56,471 nucleotides of DNA from a virus. Its lineage: Duplodnaviria > Caudoviricetes. The notes beneath the pieces were generated by a model. That model saw nothing but the letters and a program-made list of their open reading frames with translations, had not been told where the DNA came from and did not search any database. Numbering within the stretch: the stretch's first letter is position 1; every line of letters begins with the position of its first letter. The position numbers and the translations under genes were made by a program. The stretch covers positions 1 through 56,471 of IMG/VR virus record IMGVR_UViG_3300027851_000033; one strand, written 5' to 3'. Shown here piece after piece: positions 36,901 through 45,850 of the stretch.

Positions 36901-38271
36901 TTACCTAGCCATACCTGAACCGCGCCGTATTAATGGCCTATTCTTTGATTTTTCGCCCTCATACCCCTGCGCGAACTGGCGAAACGCATCGGATGGATGA
37001 GACGCCCAGTCGTGCAATGGCGTCGGCTTGTAGTCGCCAAGCCTGTCATCCCATTCCTGCCGGTAGTTCTCTAGCCCAGCAATTCCATCAGCACACCTGT
37101 CCTCGTCGAAATAGCAAGAAGGAAACACTGATCGCGTCTGCTGAATGCCGATGATCAGGTTATTCACGCGATCAACAACCTCAAACCGCCAGTTCGGGGC
37201 CATTTCCTGAAGCAGATCGAGCATGCTTTTACCCTTCGACGCCAGGTGGCCATGCTCGGCATCATGTGGCAAGTAGTGCGTTCCCCAAAGGTAGTTTTTC
37301 AACTGCATCTGTTGGACGAAATACTCCAACTGCTTCTTGCTTCCCCCCTCATAGTCGATGAAACGATTCTCCATCCCGAGCCGCTGGTGGAACCATATCG
37401 AGGTGCCATCGCCACCCAAATCCCAGAAGGTGTTGACTGGAATGTTCGGGAGGATCGGTATCTTGCAAACACGCCCCTCCAGGCGTGCCGCTTCCATTTG
37501 CTTCGTGTAGTACGCACCGCGAATTGACGGCGATTCCCACCGGCCACGCAGCAGCGCTTTCTGTTCCTCGAGTGGCATGGCTAGCAATGTCTGCCGATAC
37601 CCTGAATCCCGTAGATACGGGTTATCTGCCAGCCGGGCCGGGATAAAGGCTCGCACGCGGGTGAAAACCTCGCCGGTTTCTTCGTCGCGCACCTCGACCT
37701 TGAACCTGGTCGCGGTTCCCTCTGTCGGGATACTCCAGTAATCCTTGACCCACTTGAAGCCGGGTCCGTCCGGGTTCGTGGTCGCACGTACGTAACAGGT
37801 GATCATCGGATCAACAGTCCGCAACCGGGACAGCATGTACAGGTACGGCACCGACGTGGGGAACAGCGTCAGCTCATCCCAACCGATGTATTGAAAGGCG
37901 CGGCCGCGATACTTGAAGCGGTCGCTGTCGTACTGCATGTGCCCCAGTTCAATGCGCGCACCGGACGGGAATGTCCAGACGTGGCCCTGTTTATCGTACT
38001 TGGCACCCGGAATTATCTCTGGATAGAGCTCCTTCGACCGGTCAATCAAGTCCTTCAGGTCGGGGAACGTGCGGCGGAATATGATTGCCTGATACTTGCG
38101 ATTATCAATAGCTCCTTGATGCAGTCCGAGAGCATCAATCAGCAAGGCGTCTGATTTGCCCCCTCCAGCTGCGCCGCCATATAGAACTTCCTCATGGGGA
38201 GACTCAAGGAATAAAGCCTGCCGATCGAATGGCTGCCAAACAATGACTTCCTCGCTGTCAGTCATCGGCAT
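36901..38271 (-). CDS. terL: Terminase large subunit
   Basis: YGGAAGGGKS Walker A, IGWDE Walker B, TTNP, WDLG and HDWASHPSDAFR. Confidence 0.95.
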   Translation of the reverse strand: MPMTDSEEVIVWQPFDRQALFLESPHEEVLYGGAAGGGKSDALLIDALGLHQGAIDNRKYQAIIFRRTFPDLKDLIDRSKELYPEIIPGAKYDKQGHVWTFPSGARIELGHMQYDSDRFKYRGRAFQYIGWDELTLFPTSVPYLYMLSRLRTVDPMITCYVRATTNPDGPGFKWVKDYWSIPTEGTATRFKVEVRDEETGEVFTRVRAFIPARLADNPYLRDSGYRQTLLAMPLEEQKALLRGRWESPSIRGAYYTKQMEAARLEGRVCKIPILPNIPVNTFWDLGGDGTSIWFHQRLGMENRFIDYEGGSKKQLEYFVQQMQLKNYLWGTHYLPHDAEHGHLASKGKSMLDLLQEMAPNWRFEVVDRVNNLIIGIQQTRSVFPSCYFDEDRCADGIAGLENYRQEWDDRLGDYKPTPLHDWASHPSDAFRQFAQGYEGEKSKNRPLIRRGSGMAR

Positions 38272-38830
38272 TGCGCTTTGGCGGAACCATGACTACTTTG
38301 GTGACAGGGCGAGACTGGTTATTATCCGCCTCGTACATGCCCCTTTGCTTCTCAAGCGAAGTCAGGCTGGCATTCTTGTCGGCAACCTTGTATTCCTTGA
38401 TCGTGGTAACCGGCACATCACCGCCGCCCGTCTGTGAAATCTTGATCCCGCAAATCACCGCCGCAGTATCGTCGTCCAGCAAGTGCAGTGGGATCGGCTC
38501 CCCGTCTTGGTCGAGGAACTTGCGCGGATCATAGAATGCCAAACGGGCGCGCTCTTTCAGGATGCGCTCGGTCGTGATCTTGAGGTTGTCGAATACTTCT
38601 GCTGTCCTTTGGCTAAGAATTAGCTTAACTCTAGCATCTTTTAGCATCTTCGCCCCGGTTACACCCGCCGTCTTGGCGCTGTAACCCGCTGATACTGCGG
38701 CTTGCGAGGCATTTGAACCATTAGCAAGAAACGCCTCAACAAAGGCTAACCGCTTGCACTCGGCGGCCTCTCTTGATGTCCCGGCTTTAGTGCGCTTCTT
38801 CTTCGCTATAACCCCTCTTGGTTTGATCAT
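38258..38830 (-). CDS. terS: Terminase small subunit
   Basis: NASQAAVSAGYSAKTA HTH and RLAFYDPRK. Confidence 0.9.
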   Translation of the reverse strand: MIKPRGVIAKKKRTKAGTSREAAECKRLAFVEAFLANGSNASQAAVSAGYSAKTAGVTGAKMLKDARVKLILSQRTAEVFDNLKITTERILKERARLAFYDPRKFLDQDGEPIPLHLLDDDTAAVICGIKISQTGGGDVPVTTIKEYKVADKNASLTSLEKQRGMYEADNNQSRPVTKVVMVPPKRNADD

Positions 38831-39141
38831 CCCGCCACCTTCAGCCATTGGTTGTTGAAATACAGCGCCATAGTCCTCTCCCATCCTTCCTGCCAGAATC
38901 CTCGCTTCTCATCTTTTGTGAATCTCCTACCCCGATCCAGCTCAGCATGACACGCATGGCAGGCAGCCACATGGTAAAAGTCTGCCGCCTTGTGCCCTGT
39001 GCCCTTCCCGTGCCTTATTTGGTTCGAGTGAGCTGGCTCGCAACCATGCGCAGAATGCCCCAGGCAGACACCCGGAAGGCGCAACTGGCATTCAGTTACC
39101 CGGTGAGCAAGGTCAAGCAGTGGTCGGGAGCGATAGGTCAA
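38827..39141 (-). CDS. DUF1364-like zinc/His nuclease-fold protein
   Basis: CQLRLPGVC, AHSNQ.RHGKG and ACHACH. Confidence 0.75.
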   Translation of the reverse strand: MTYRSRPLLDLAHRVTECQLRLPGVCLGHSAHGCEPAHSNQIRHGKGTGHKAADFYHVAACHACHAELDRGRRFTKDEKRGFWQEGWERTMALYFNNQWLKVAG

Positions 39142-39680
39142 GAAACAAACCCCAGCAGTTTTTCCACAACCTCATCCAACTCATCGCGCCCTGAATAATT
39201 CACCAGAACGCCCGCCAACAACACATTAGCTACCGCCGAATACAGCATCTCGAACTCTGCATCGCCCATATTGGCAAAACTGATACTCTTCGCCCGTAGC
39301 TGCATCCGCCCCTTGAGATCAAAGGTCTGCTCATAGAACCCTGCAGCAATAGTCACATCCTCGCGGAATCTTTCAAAGTTCTTCTGCACCGGATGCCCCT
39401 TGTAGCTTTGGCGCTTTCTTGGTGGCTCCCAAGCATCGAAGCCGAGAGTCAGCAGGGCAAAAAACTTGCGATGGAATTTACTGTTTCTTGGCACAACTGC
39501 CTCGATGCGCGCAAGTTCCCCCGGCTCCATGCTCATCAGACGCTTGAGGAATCGCCGCCAGCCGCGCTTATCGTCTTGGCTCATGCCGTCGATATATCCG
39601 GTTAGGAATTGACGCAGTACGTCGCGATCCCGCTCCGTTGGCGGAGACATATTAGTTTTCACGAGATTGATCGTGGTCAC
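39138..39680 (-). CDS. DUF1367-like protein
   Basis: PRNSKFHRKFFALL and AKSISFANM...EFE.LY. Confidence 0.75.
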   Translation of the reverse strand: MTTINLVKTNMSPPTERDRDVLRQFLTGYIDGMSQDDKRGWRRFLKRLMSMEPGELARIEAVVPRNSKFHRKFFALLTLGFDAWEPPRKRQSYKGHPVQKNFERFREDVTIAAGFYEQTFDLKGRMQLRAKSISFANMGDAEFEMLYSAVANVLLAGVLVNYSGRDELDEVVEKLLGFVS

Positions 39681-40027
39681 GCCACCCCCGCACTTAATCG
39701 CACTTCAACCGCACCACCGACCCGCACCTCAGTGTGCAGGAATGGATGCAGCACAAACCGCGAATCGTCGATACCAAGCGCCATTGCAATGCCATCGCGG
39801 CCACTTTTGAAGGCGGATATAACATTGTCATCATCGCGAGGACGCCGATCTGGCGGTAAAAATGTCACCCAAAGATGCACTGCCCCATCCCAATCAACCT
39901 TGAACCTGGCTTCTTTTGCCAGCGCCCAGCAGGTGTGTTTGTAGGCTTTCGCGGCCTTTGCCTTTTTGCTCCAATGGACACGGGCATTTGGCGAGCACTC
40001 CTTTGGCGGCCAAGGAACAGTCACCAT
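39677..40027 (-). CDS. rusA: RusA-like Holliday junction resolvase
   Basis: PWPP..SPN, PPDRRPRDDDN, K...DG and IDD. Confidence 0.85.
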   Translation of the reverse strand: MVTVPWPPKECSPNARVHWSKKAKAAKAYKHTCWALAKEARFKVDWDGAVHLWVTFLPPDRRPRDDDNVISAFKSGRDGIAMALGIDDSRFVLHPFLHTEVRVGGAVEVRLSAGVA

Positions 40028-40129
40028 GACAAACTCACCAATACCGCCATGAATAAGCCAAGAACATAGCCTGCCCAGAACATCCCGACAGCCGAAAATT
40101 CAGTCACCATTTCTGGTTTTTGATGAATT

Positions 40130-41077
40130 TCAATCATTATTATCTCCACTCAAAATCCGCCATGCTGCTGCTCGAACACGCGGAACCTGTCCGTTGCCAA
40201 TGGCTTTAATTCGGTTTGCCCGATTGGCCATCCCATTAACCACTCGACCCAATCCGGATTTAGGCGCATCGGCGGGGTCTGCTGGCCATGGCTGAATCCC
40301 TCGCGCTCTATCGTGTAGTCCAGCCGGTCGTCCGTGTCCGCTCGGTTGTGATTCGGACTCCAGCCCTTGTACGCAGTCGCAGTCGCAGTCGGATAGATGC
40401 GCTGGCTTACCGCAGTTGCAAGGCCGTCCCCGCTGTTCGCACTCACGCTCTTTCGGTTGTAGTTCCCGCAGACTGTCTGAGTTGGCCACTTCGCAGGCGT
40501 ATTTACCATCTGCACCAACGACTGACCCGTCATTTTTTCGGTAATCGTGCCGCCCCGCGTCCCGTCCGAAGCTGCGGGAGTAGCCCAATATCCAGACTCG
40601 TTCCCGCTTATGCGGGGCACCAACGTCGGACGCTCCCATAATTCCCCATCGCGCATCAAACCCGAGCGCGGCAAGGTCGGAGAGCACTCGGTCGAGTCCG
40701 CGATTAATGAGCGCTGGGCTGTTTTCAATGAATGCGTAGCGGGGTCGTACTTCCCCAATGATCCGAGCCATTTCTGACCATAACCCTGACCGCTCGCCGT
40801 CCAGTCCGGCCCCTTTACCGGCAACGCTGATGTCCTGGCACGGGAAGCCGCCAGAAACCACGTCAACAATCCCGCGCCATGGTCTTCCGTCAAAGGTACG
40901 CACATCATCCCAAACCGGGAAAGGCGGGAATGTTCCATCGGTTTGTCGGGCCAGTAAAACTGATCTGGCATAGGCATCACACTCGACTGCACACACGGTT
41001 CTGTGCCCAAGCAACATTGAGCCGAGTATTCCTCCACCAGCGCCCGCGAAAAGCTCCAACTCATTCATGGCCGCCAA
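40130..41077 (-). CDS. C5-cytosine methyltransferase, alpha polypeptide (motifs I-VIII and X)
   Basis: LFAGAGG, GGFPCQ, ENS, PHKRERVW and RIKAIGNGQVP; motif IX is absent. Confidence 0.85.
   Translation of the reverse strand: MAAMNELELFAGAGGGILGSMLLGHRTVCAVECDAYARSVLLARQTDGTFPPFPVWDDVRTFDGRPWRGIVDVVSGGFPCQDISVAGKGAGLDGERSGLWSEMARIIGEVRPRYAFIENSPALINRGLDRVLSDLAALGFDARWGIMGASDVGAPHKRERVWILGYSRSFGRDAGRHDYRKNDGSVVGADGKYACEVANSDSLRELQPKERECEQRGRPCNCGKPAHLSDCDCDCVQGLESESQPSGHGRPAGLHDRARGIQPWPADPADAPKSGLGRVVNGMANRANRIKAIGNGQVPRVRAAAWRILSGDNND
40150..41064 (-). CDS. Alternative-frame beta polypeptide of the C5-methyltransferase (TRD and motif IX)
   Basis: 304-aa overlapping ORF with WATP/WPT/YPT repeats and RLNPDWVEWLMGWP. 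Confidence 0.7.
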   Translation of the reverse strand: MSWSFSRALVEEYSAQCCLGTEPCVQSSVMPMPDQFYWPDKPMEHSRLSRFGMMCVPLTEDHGAGLLTWFLAASRARTSALPVKGPDWTASGQGYGQKWLGSLGKYDPATHSLKTAQRSLIADSTECSPTLPRSGLMRDGELWERPTLVPRISGNESGYWATPAASDGTRGGTITEKMTGQSLVQMVNTPAKWPTQTVCGNYNRKSVSANSGDGLATAVSQRIYPTATATAYKGWSPNHNRADTDDRLDYTIEREGFSHGQQTPPMRLNPDWVEWLMGWPIGQTELKPLATDRFRVFEQQHGGF

Positions 41078-41280
41078 TCGCCCGACTCCCCTTTATTTCC
41101 CCGCCCCCACTGCTCAGCCGCTTCCCGCCTGAACGCATCGGCGGCAGCCCGTCCCCTGTGCTTTGCCAGTAGCTCAAGGTAAGATTGACCATTGCCTTCG
41201 CGTTGTGCTGCATGGCGGATAAACCAACGGATTTCACATCGGTGCCGGTGCTCTTCATCATTGAGCGTATCGCCAATCAT
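41065..41280 (-). CDS. Phage hypothetical protein (EEHRHRCEIRW...EQWGRGNKG)
   Basis: Recognisable small phage-family pattern; operon position. Confidence 0.6.
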   Translation of the reverse strand: MIGDTLNDEEHRHRCEIRWFIRHAAQREGNGQSYLELLAKHRGRAAADAFRREAAEQWGRGNKGESGDWRP

Positions 41281-41464
41281 TGAGCGTTGGTCGTCCTGTT
41301 GCGCTAAAAAACAGCAATCCATTGCATTCGTCCTCTGCCATGCGTTGCGTGTGAGTTTTTCCGCACTCGCGGCATTTGTAGCGCACGCCGACAAGGCGTT
41401 TGTCTGCCGCGTATCTGGTCAAGCCATGGCGCAGTAGATCGCCGCCGCATGCGCAGTTTTTCAT
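41258..41464 (-). CDS. Small zinc-ribbon protein
   Basis: CACGG...RYKCRECGKT; coupled start. Confidence 0.6.
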   Translation of the reverse strand: MKNCACGGDLLRHGLTRYAADKRLVGVRYKCRECGKTHTQRMAEDECNGLLFFSATGRPTLNDWRYAQ

Positions 41465-41856
41465 GCAGACATCCTCCGGCTGAGTCCTTCAACCATCTGC
41501 CGCGCACGCTCCTTGTTTCGCTCGATGTCTTCAGGGGTCAGCTTGTGCTCAAGCGCTACCAGCTTAGGGCGCGAGTAGCTCTTCCGGCACAGCGCAACAA
41601 ACTCGGGCAGCGTCGGCGGGAATTTGCACTCGCTCACCATCGCCTTGAGCGCCAAGCCGTAGCATTCCGGGTTATCGGAAAAGCTCGAAAGCTCTTCTGC
41701 CCAAACCTCCTTGACCTCAGCAAGGTCACAATCACGCCACCGATCCGAGAATAACGTCCCGTACAACGAAGACATCTTCGAGAAAATTTTCTCGATCCAG
41801 CTATCCGGTAATACGGACAGCTTCACCGGTAATGTCACGTTCGCTTCGCTGCTCAT
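41461..41856 (-). CDS. Replication protein P-like/helicase-loader partner
   Basis: IF.KM..LYG..F..RW and FPPTLPEFVALC; follows the initiator gene. Confidence 0.7.
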   Translation of the reverse strand: MSSEANVTLPVKLSVLPDSWIEKIFSKMSSLYGTLFSDRWRDCDLAEVKEVWAEELSSFSDNPECYGLALKAMVSECKFPPTLPEFVALCRKSYSRPKLVALEHKLTPEDIERNKERARQMVEGLSRRMSA

Positions 41857-42646
41857 TTCTACCTCCTCCTGTCAAAACTTCAAGAACCTTCCGCCTGCCT
41901 TCGTCACGAGAATTTGCTGCTGGCGAAGCTCTCGCCCCACCACCACCATACTGACCGGCTCGACCAAACTCCACCGCCTTGTCGCACCACGTTCGCCACG
42001 CGGCTTGCCAATCCTTCATCGTCGTGCCTTTGGCCTGGTGCCAGTTTCGGAACGAGGCAAGCTCGGTTTCCAGCGATAGCCTCCGGGTGACGGCATAAGC
42101 GATGCCGGTTTCGGCAGGGGAGAAATCTTCCGGCAAAGCCGTGGGCCTTTTCTGGCGAGACGGCTTTGCCGACTCAATCGCCTCCAGCGGAGATCCTCCC
42201 CCTGCACCCCCTCCTATCTCAACTACAGAGTGTTTACTCTTATCTGTATCTGTATCTGTATCTGTATCTGTATCTGTATGGTTCAACGTTCGTTCAACGT
42301 TCGTTGCTTTTACCTCGGCACGCCTTGCCGCAGAAGCCTTCCCAGCCACACTCGCTTTCCCGGATTTTGAATTTACAGCAAGCAAATCGCGCTCAATTCG
42401 TTCATGCCTCCACTCGTCGCCATCGATTTCAAAGAATTCTGCGAGCACTGGTTTGGCAGTTGCCCACTCTTCGTTTGTCATGCGTGCAACGTTCGTTAAA
42501 CGTTCGTTGGAATTGTTCAGCGGCTTCCCGCGCTGCCAGTAGTTGAAAATCAGCAACAGATATGCGCCATGCTGTGCGGCGGTCAGGTGCGCGGTGTCAG
42601 CAAGGTACTCGGCCACATAGAGTTGCATGTAAGGAAGGGCGGCCAT
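41801..42646 (-). CDS. Replication initiator, DUF1376/YdaU family
   Basis: LPYMQLYVAEYLADT.HL...HGAYLLL; C-terminal KDWQAAWRTW. Confidence 0.85.
   Translation of the reverse strand: MAALPYMQLYVAEYLADTAHLTAAQHGAYLLLIFNYWQRGKPLNNSNERLTNVARMTNEEWATAKPVLAEFFEIDGDEWRHERIERDLLAVNSKSGKASVAGKASAARRAEVKATNVERTLNHTDTDTDTDTDTDKSKHSVVEIGGGAGGGSPLEAIESAKPSRQKRPTALPEDFSPAETGIAYAVTRRLSLETELASFRNWHQAKGTTMKDWQAAWRTWCDKAVEFGRAGQYGGGGARASPAANSRDEGRRKVLEVLTGGGRNEQRSERDITGEAVRITG
42241..42276. repeat. (TATCTG)6 tandem repeat encoding DTDTDT
   Basis: Directly visible in the initiator linker. Confidence 0.9.
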
Positions 42647-42706
42647 TACTCGCGCCTCCAATGCGACCACCCGGTGAGCATGTCATGCCACAACCTGAGC
42701 CATTGG

Positions 42707-43027
42707 TTAGCCATTCTTTGAAATCCTCATATCCACCCCGAAAATATCCCCCTGCACATCACGCAAGCGCACGGCCTCGACATGCTTGTTTGTTATGGGA
42801 CATCGCAGCATGCCGACAACCTCAAGCTGCTGCATTTCCAGTAATTCATTCACCCGGCCAGCAACGCAGGATGTTTCGAGACCAGTCAGTTTCGATAGCT
42901 CCCGCCGCGAATAGAGACGGCCTGGGCGCATCTTGTGGAGGATCAGTAGTTGCTTGGGTGCAATTTGTCCAAACATTTGCATGGCATGGTATTGGTGGAT
43001 GCTCGTGGCGGAAACAGCTGTTTTCAT
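42707..43027 (-). CDS. Winged-HTH protein
   Basis: YSRRELSKLTGLETSCVAGRVNELL. Confidence 0.7.
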   Translation of the reverse strand: MKTAVSATSIHQYHAMQMFGQIAPKQLLILHKMRPGRLYSRRELSKLTGLETSCVAGRVNELLEMQQLEVVGMLRCPITNKHVEAVRLRDVQGDIFGVDMRISKNG

Positions 43028-43386
43028 TTTGTATCCTTAATAACCGCCCTATACCTGAGATACTGGCGGTTCTTCATCGAACTGAAAGCCTGCACCAGGC
43101 CATTTGCCTGCAAATACCTCATGCCCCACGCAATCGCACCGCGTGATCTGCCGGTGATCTGCATTAACTGCCAGTGCTCCAGACAGCTTGGGTGTGCTGC
43201 TTTGAGTGCATGCAGAACTTTTTCTGTTGCGGATCCTGTGCGGATACCTTTTGGGAACGGATTGGGTGGCCATGGCCGGTTCATCTGAGCAACTGCTGGC
43301 GAACGTACTGAAAGCGACTCCACTTGCTCTACAAGGGAAGGCAATTTCCGGCCATGGGCGGGCATTGTCAGGGGTTCCCAGTACAT
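43024..43386 (-). CDS. Winged-HTH protein
   Basis: LMQITGRSRGAIAWGMRYLQANGLV. Confidence 0.6.
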   Translation of the reverse strand: MYWEPLTMPAHGRKLPSLVEQVESLSVRSPAVAQMNRPWPPNPFPKGIRTGSATEKVLHALKAAHPSCLEHWQLMQITGRSRGAIAWGMRYLQANGLVQAFSSMKNRQYLRYRAVIKDTK

Positions 43387-43622
43387 TCATCGGACATTCC
43401 CGACACCAATTGCAAGCGTCTTTCGTATAACCTGCGAACAGAATCAATTCCATGGGCACGAATCATGAGCAATTCCCTTACAAACTCACCCAAGCCAAGG
43501 CCGCACTCTCTTGCCTGCCGATCAAGCTCATCCCTTGTGTCTTCACTGACACGCACCTCCACCTTTGCCGACAGCTTTCCAAGGGGCGACGAACTACCGC
43601 TTCTTGCCAGATGTGTGGTCAT
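43368..43622 (-). CDS. RHH-like regulator in the cII position (84 aa)
   Basis: KVEVRVSEDTRDELDRQARECGLGLGEFVRELL. Confidence 0.65.
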   Translation of the reverse strand: MTTHLARSGSSSPLGKLSAKVEVRVSEDTRDELDRQARECGLGLGEFVRELLMIRAHGIDSVRRLYERRLQLVSGMSDECTGNP

Positions 43623-43623
43623 A

Positions 43624-43938
43624 ATGAGGTCACTTTCCGTAATAGGTTTGGTTGGAGTCTTGGTGGGAATGCTGACGGCCTGTGGAAAAACGTCTGCGGA
43701 AATTTGCGAGGAAAAGAACGCAAAACTCGATAGCTTGATGCGCGAAGCCCAAGCGAACATCCTTCGCCAGCGCGGTGAATGCCAAGCAATAGCGCATGAA
43801 CTTCAAGATCAGAAAATGACCGAATCTTGCGTTGATACGCTGCGTTTCGTTGTTGACGCCGCACAATCCACGAGAGAAATCGTTGCCAAACGAAGGGAGG
43901 AAAACGATATGGTGAAATGCGGTGAGATGGCACATTAA
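43624..43938 (+). CDS. Lipoprotein (104 aa) antisense between cro and the cII-position gene
   Basis: MRSLSVIGLVGVLVGMLTA-C lipobox. Confidence 0.65.
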   Translation: MRSLSVIGLVGVLVGMLTACGKTSAEICEEKNAKLDSLMREAQANILRQRGECQAIAHELQDQKMTESCVDTLRFVVDAAQSTREIVAKRREENDMVKCGEMAH

Positions 43939-44162
43939 GCACTCTTCACCCCGTCACCTTTACCGGGTCGCCCTCGCCGATTTTTTTTGTGAGACAAATT
44001 GTGAGACAAAAATAGTTCTGGAAATTCGACCTTGACCCGATATGGGATACCGCGTGTTATCCAGTTATGCACACGCTGGACACCACCGTGCTTTGTGTAC
44101 CCGAGCCGTTTGGCTAATTGGGCCGGGCCACCTAATGATTCAATTTTTTCTTTGTCTTCCAT
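43935..44162 (-). CDS. cro: Cro-like repressor
   Basis: IESLGGPAQLAKRLG...VQRVHNWITRGIP; divergent from cI. Confidence 0.8.
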   Translation of the reverse strand: MEDKEKIESLGGPAQLAKRLGYTKHGGVQRVHNWITRGIPYRVKVEFPELFLSHNLSHKKNRRGRPGKGDGVKSA

Positions 44163-44169
44163 AAATCAT

Positions 44170-44211
44170 ATTAAACGTCATGTTTAAGAAAATGTCAAAC
44201 ATTACGTGTAA
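44170..44211 (-). promoter_or_regulatory. PR promoter (TTGACA-17-TTTAAT) with two operators of consensus TTAAAC-N5-GTTTAA
   Basis: Palindromes at 44171-44187 and 44195-44211; -35 at 44193-44198 and -10 at 44170-44175 on the minus strand. Confidence 0.75.
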
Positions 44212-44245
44212 CCCCAGTTTATTAAGTTATGGCAGTCTTGACTCC

Positions 44246-44911
44246 ATGCACGAATCAATGAAAAGGCTGTATCAAGCCGCGCTGGAAATTAAGCAGGTCA
44301 TTGGCCAGACAGAGGCGGCCAAGATGCTCGGTCAATCACCTCAAACGCTTAATAACTGGGAAACCAGGGGAATATCAAAAGCCGGGGCGATCAATGCCCA
44401 AACAATTATTGGATGTGATGCAGTATGGATAATGAGTGGCGCAGGCAGTATGGTAGCCGCAGGCGGAAAACAAAGCTCCAATACAAGTGCTAGCGAAAAG
44501 ACTTATAGTTCTGTACCGCTCATTTCATGGGTTCAGGCAGGGGAATGGTCGGATATTATTGATAGCTTTTCCCCTGGTGATGCGGAAGAATGGTTCCCCT
44601 GCCCCGTTAGTCACGGGCCGCGTACTTTTGTCTTGACGGTTCGAGGCGAATCCATGAACAACCCTCACGGACAGCCCTCTTTCAGTGCAGGCGACTTAAT
44701 CTTTATTGATCCTGACCGGCAATGGGAAAATGGCTCTTTGGTCGTCGTGAGGCTGGATGATGAAAAAGAAGCCACCTTTAAAAAACTGATTGTGGAAGGG
44801 AATCGCAAGTTTTTGCGCCCGCTCAATCCCGCATGGCCGGATCAGGTGATTGAAATTAATGGGAATGCTACTATTTGCGGCGTTGCGATTTTCAAGGGTG
44901 GAAAGCTTTAA
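44246..44911 (+). CDS. cI: CI repressor (HTH plus S24 autopeptidase)
   Basis: PQTLNNWETRG, VPLISWVQAG, VRGESM and ATFKKL. Confidence 0.92.
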   Translation: MHESMKRLYQAALEIKQVIGQTEAAKMLGQSPQTLNNWETRGISKAGAINAQTIIGCDAVWIMSGAGSMVAAGGKQSSNTSASEKTYSSVPLISWVQAGEWSDIIDSFSPGDAEEWFPCPVSHGPRTFVLTVRGESMNNPHGQPSFSAGDLIFIDPDRQWENGSLVVVRLDDEKEATFKKLIVEGNRKFLRPLNPAWPDQVIEINGNATICGVAIFKGGKL

Positions 44912-44956
44912 GCGCAACGGCATCGCTCATGCCGTATTTTTTGTAGGAGGAGTCGC

Positions 44957-45082
44957 ATGAAGAAGTTCTTTGTAATATTGGCAACAATTGCTTTATCAGC
45001 AACAGCCTTCGCCCATTCTGGCGGAACCGATAGTTATGGGTGTCACCACGACCACAAGAATGGGGGATACCATTGTCACTAA
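44957..45082 (+). CDS. Small secreted YHYH-like peptide (MKKFFVILATIALSATAFAHSGGTDSYGCHHDHKNGGYHCH)
   Basis: AGGAGG RBS, signal peptide and HSGGTD..GCH...YHCH. Confidence 0.75.
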   Translation: MKKFFVILATIALSATAFAHSGGTDSYGCHHDHKNGGYHCH

Positions 45083-45112
45083 TCTGATGTAACAGAAAAA
45101 AATCCATACCCC

Positions 45113-45136
45113 AACCCGCTACGGCGGGTTTTTTTT
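45113..45136 (+). terminator. Intrinsic terminator of the cI operon
   Basis: AACCCGC-TACG-GCGGGTT followed by a T run. Confidence 0.85.
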
Positions 45137-45174
45137 CGTCCTGATTTTAAAGCAGATGAACATTTTTAAAATAA

Positions 45175-45216
45175 TTAAACAAAATGTTTGACATTTTTAT
45201 AAACATAGTGTTTAAT
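45175..45216 (+). promoter_or_regulatory. PL promoter (TTGACA 45188-45193, TTTAAT 45211-45216) with two operators
   Basis: TTAAAC-AAAAT-GTTTGA and ATAAAC-ATAGT-GTTTAA, matching the PR operators. Confidence 0.8.
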
Positions 45217-45298
45217 GCACTCACACCACAAACAAGGAGAGCGAGATGAACAGCACAATAGAAATCGACCCTATTGCCAACATACAGGAGACTGCGTG

Positions 45299-45469
45299 AT
45301 GGGCACATATACACCACCCGCACCAAGGCCGATAGGCGATTGGCAGCAGAGAAACTCTGATTTTAATTGCCGCTGCACCCGGTGTGAAGAAGCGCGACGG
45401 GATGAACAAAAGCAAGCGGTTGTCCGAGCAATTGCCTTGTTCAAAAAGGAGCCGCTATGTTTGATCTAA
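45299..45469 (+). CDS. Small early hypothetical protein
   Basis: AGGAG RBS before MGTYTPP; CRCTRC motif. Confidence 0.45.
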   Translation: MGTYTPPAPRPIGDWQQRNSDFNCRCTRCEEARRDEQKQAVVRAIALFKKEPLCLI

Positions 45470-45768
45470 TTGATCAGCCAGTTAATGAGCCTGAATTATC
45501 CCCAGTCGAGCAAGCCGCCGTTGATAAATTTGCAAGGCTGAAAGATCAAAGAATCGAAGAAGTCGTTATGGATCGAATGCTTGATCCTGAGTATGTGGTT
45601 GATGCAATCCTGACTTGCCTGCAGGATAACGTGTCAACGCAAAAGCACTTTGCGGATTTAATCATGGGCCATGGCGATAAATTAATCAACATCGCTAATC
45701 TGCGGTTGGATGTCATGGAATGGATACGCTCTCAGGCAAAAAAAGAGGCTGAATGGGGATGTCTATGA
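45457..45768 (+). CDS. Early hypothetical protein
   Basis: AAGGAG RBS, 103 aa. Confidence 0.65.
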   Translation: MFDLIDQPVNEPELSPVEQAAVDKFARLKDQRIEEVVMDRMLDPEYVVDAILTCLQDNVSTQKHFADLIMGHGDKLINIANLRLDVMEWIRSQAKKEAEWGCL

Positions 45769-45850
45769 AGCTGACTGACCGAGATGTGTTTTTTATCGTA
45801 GTGATCGGCTATGCCGTATCTATTGTTTTTGGGATTTAGGAGAAATAAAA

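Noticed and set aside
42241-42276. Phase variation at (TATCTG)6
   Set aside because: A hexamer unit preserves the frame, and such linkers are common in DUF1376 initiators.
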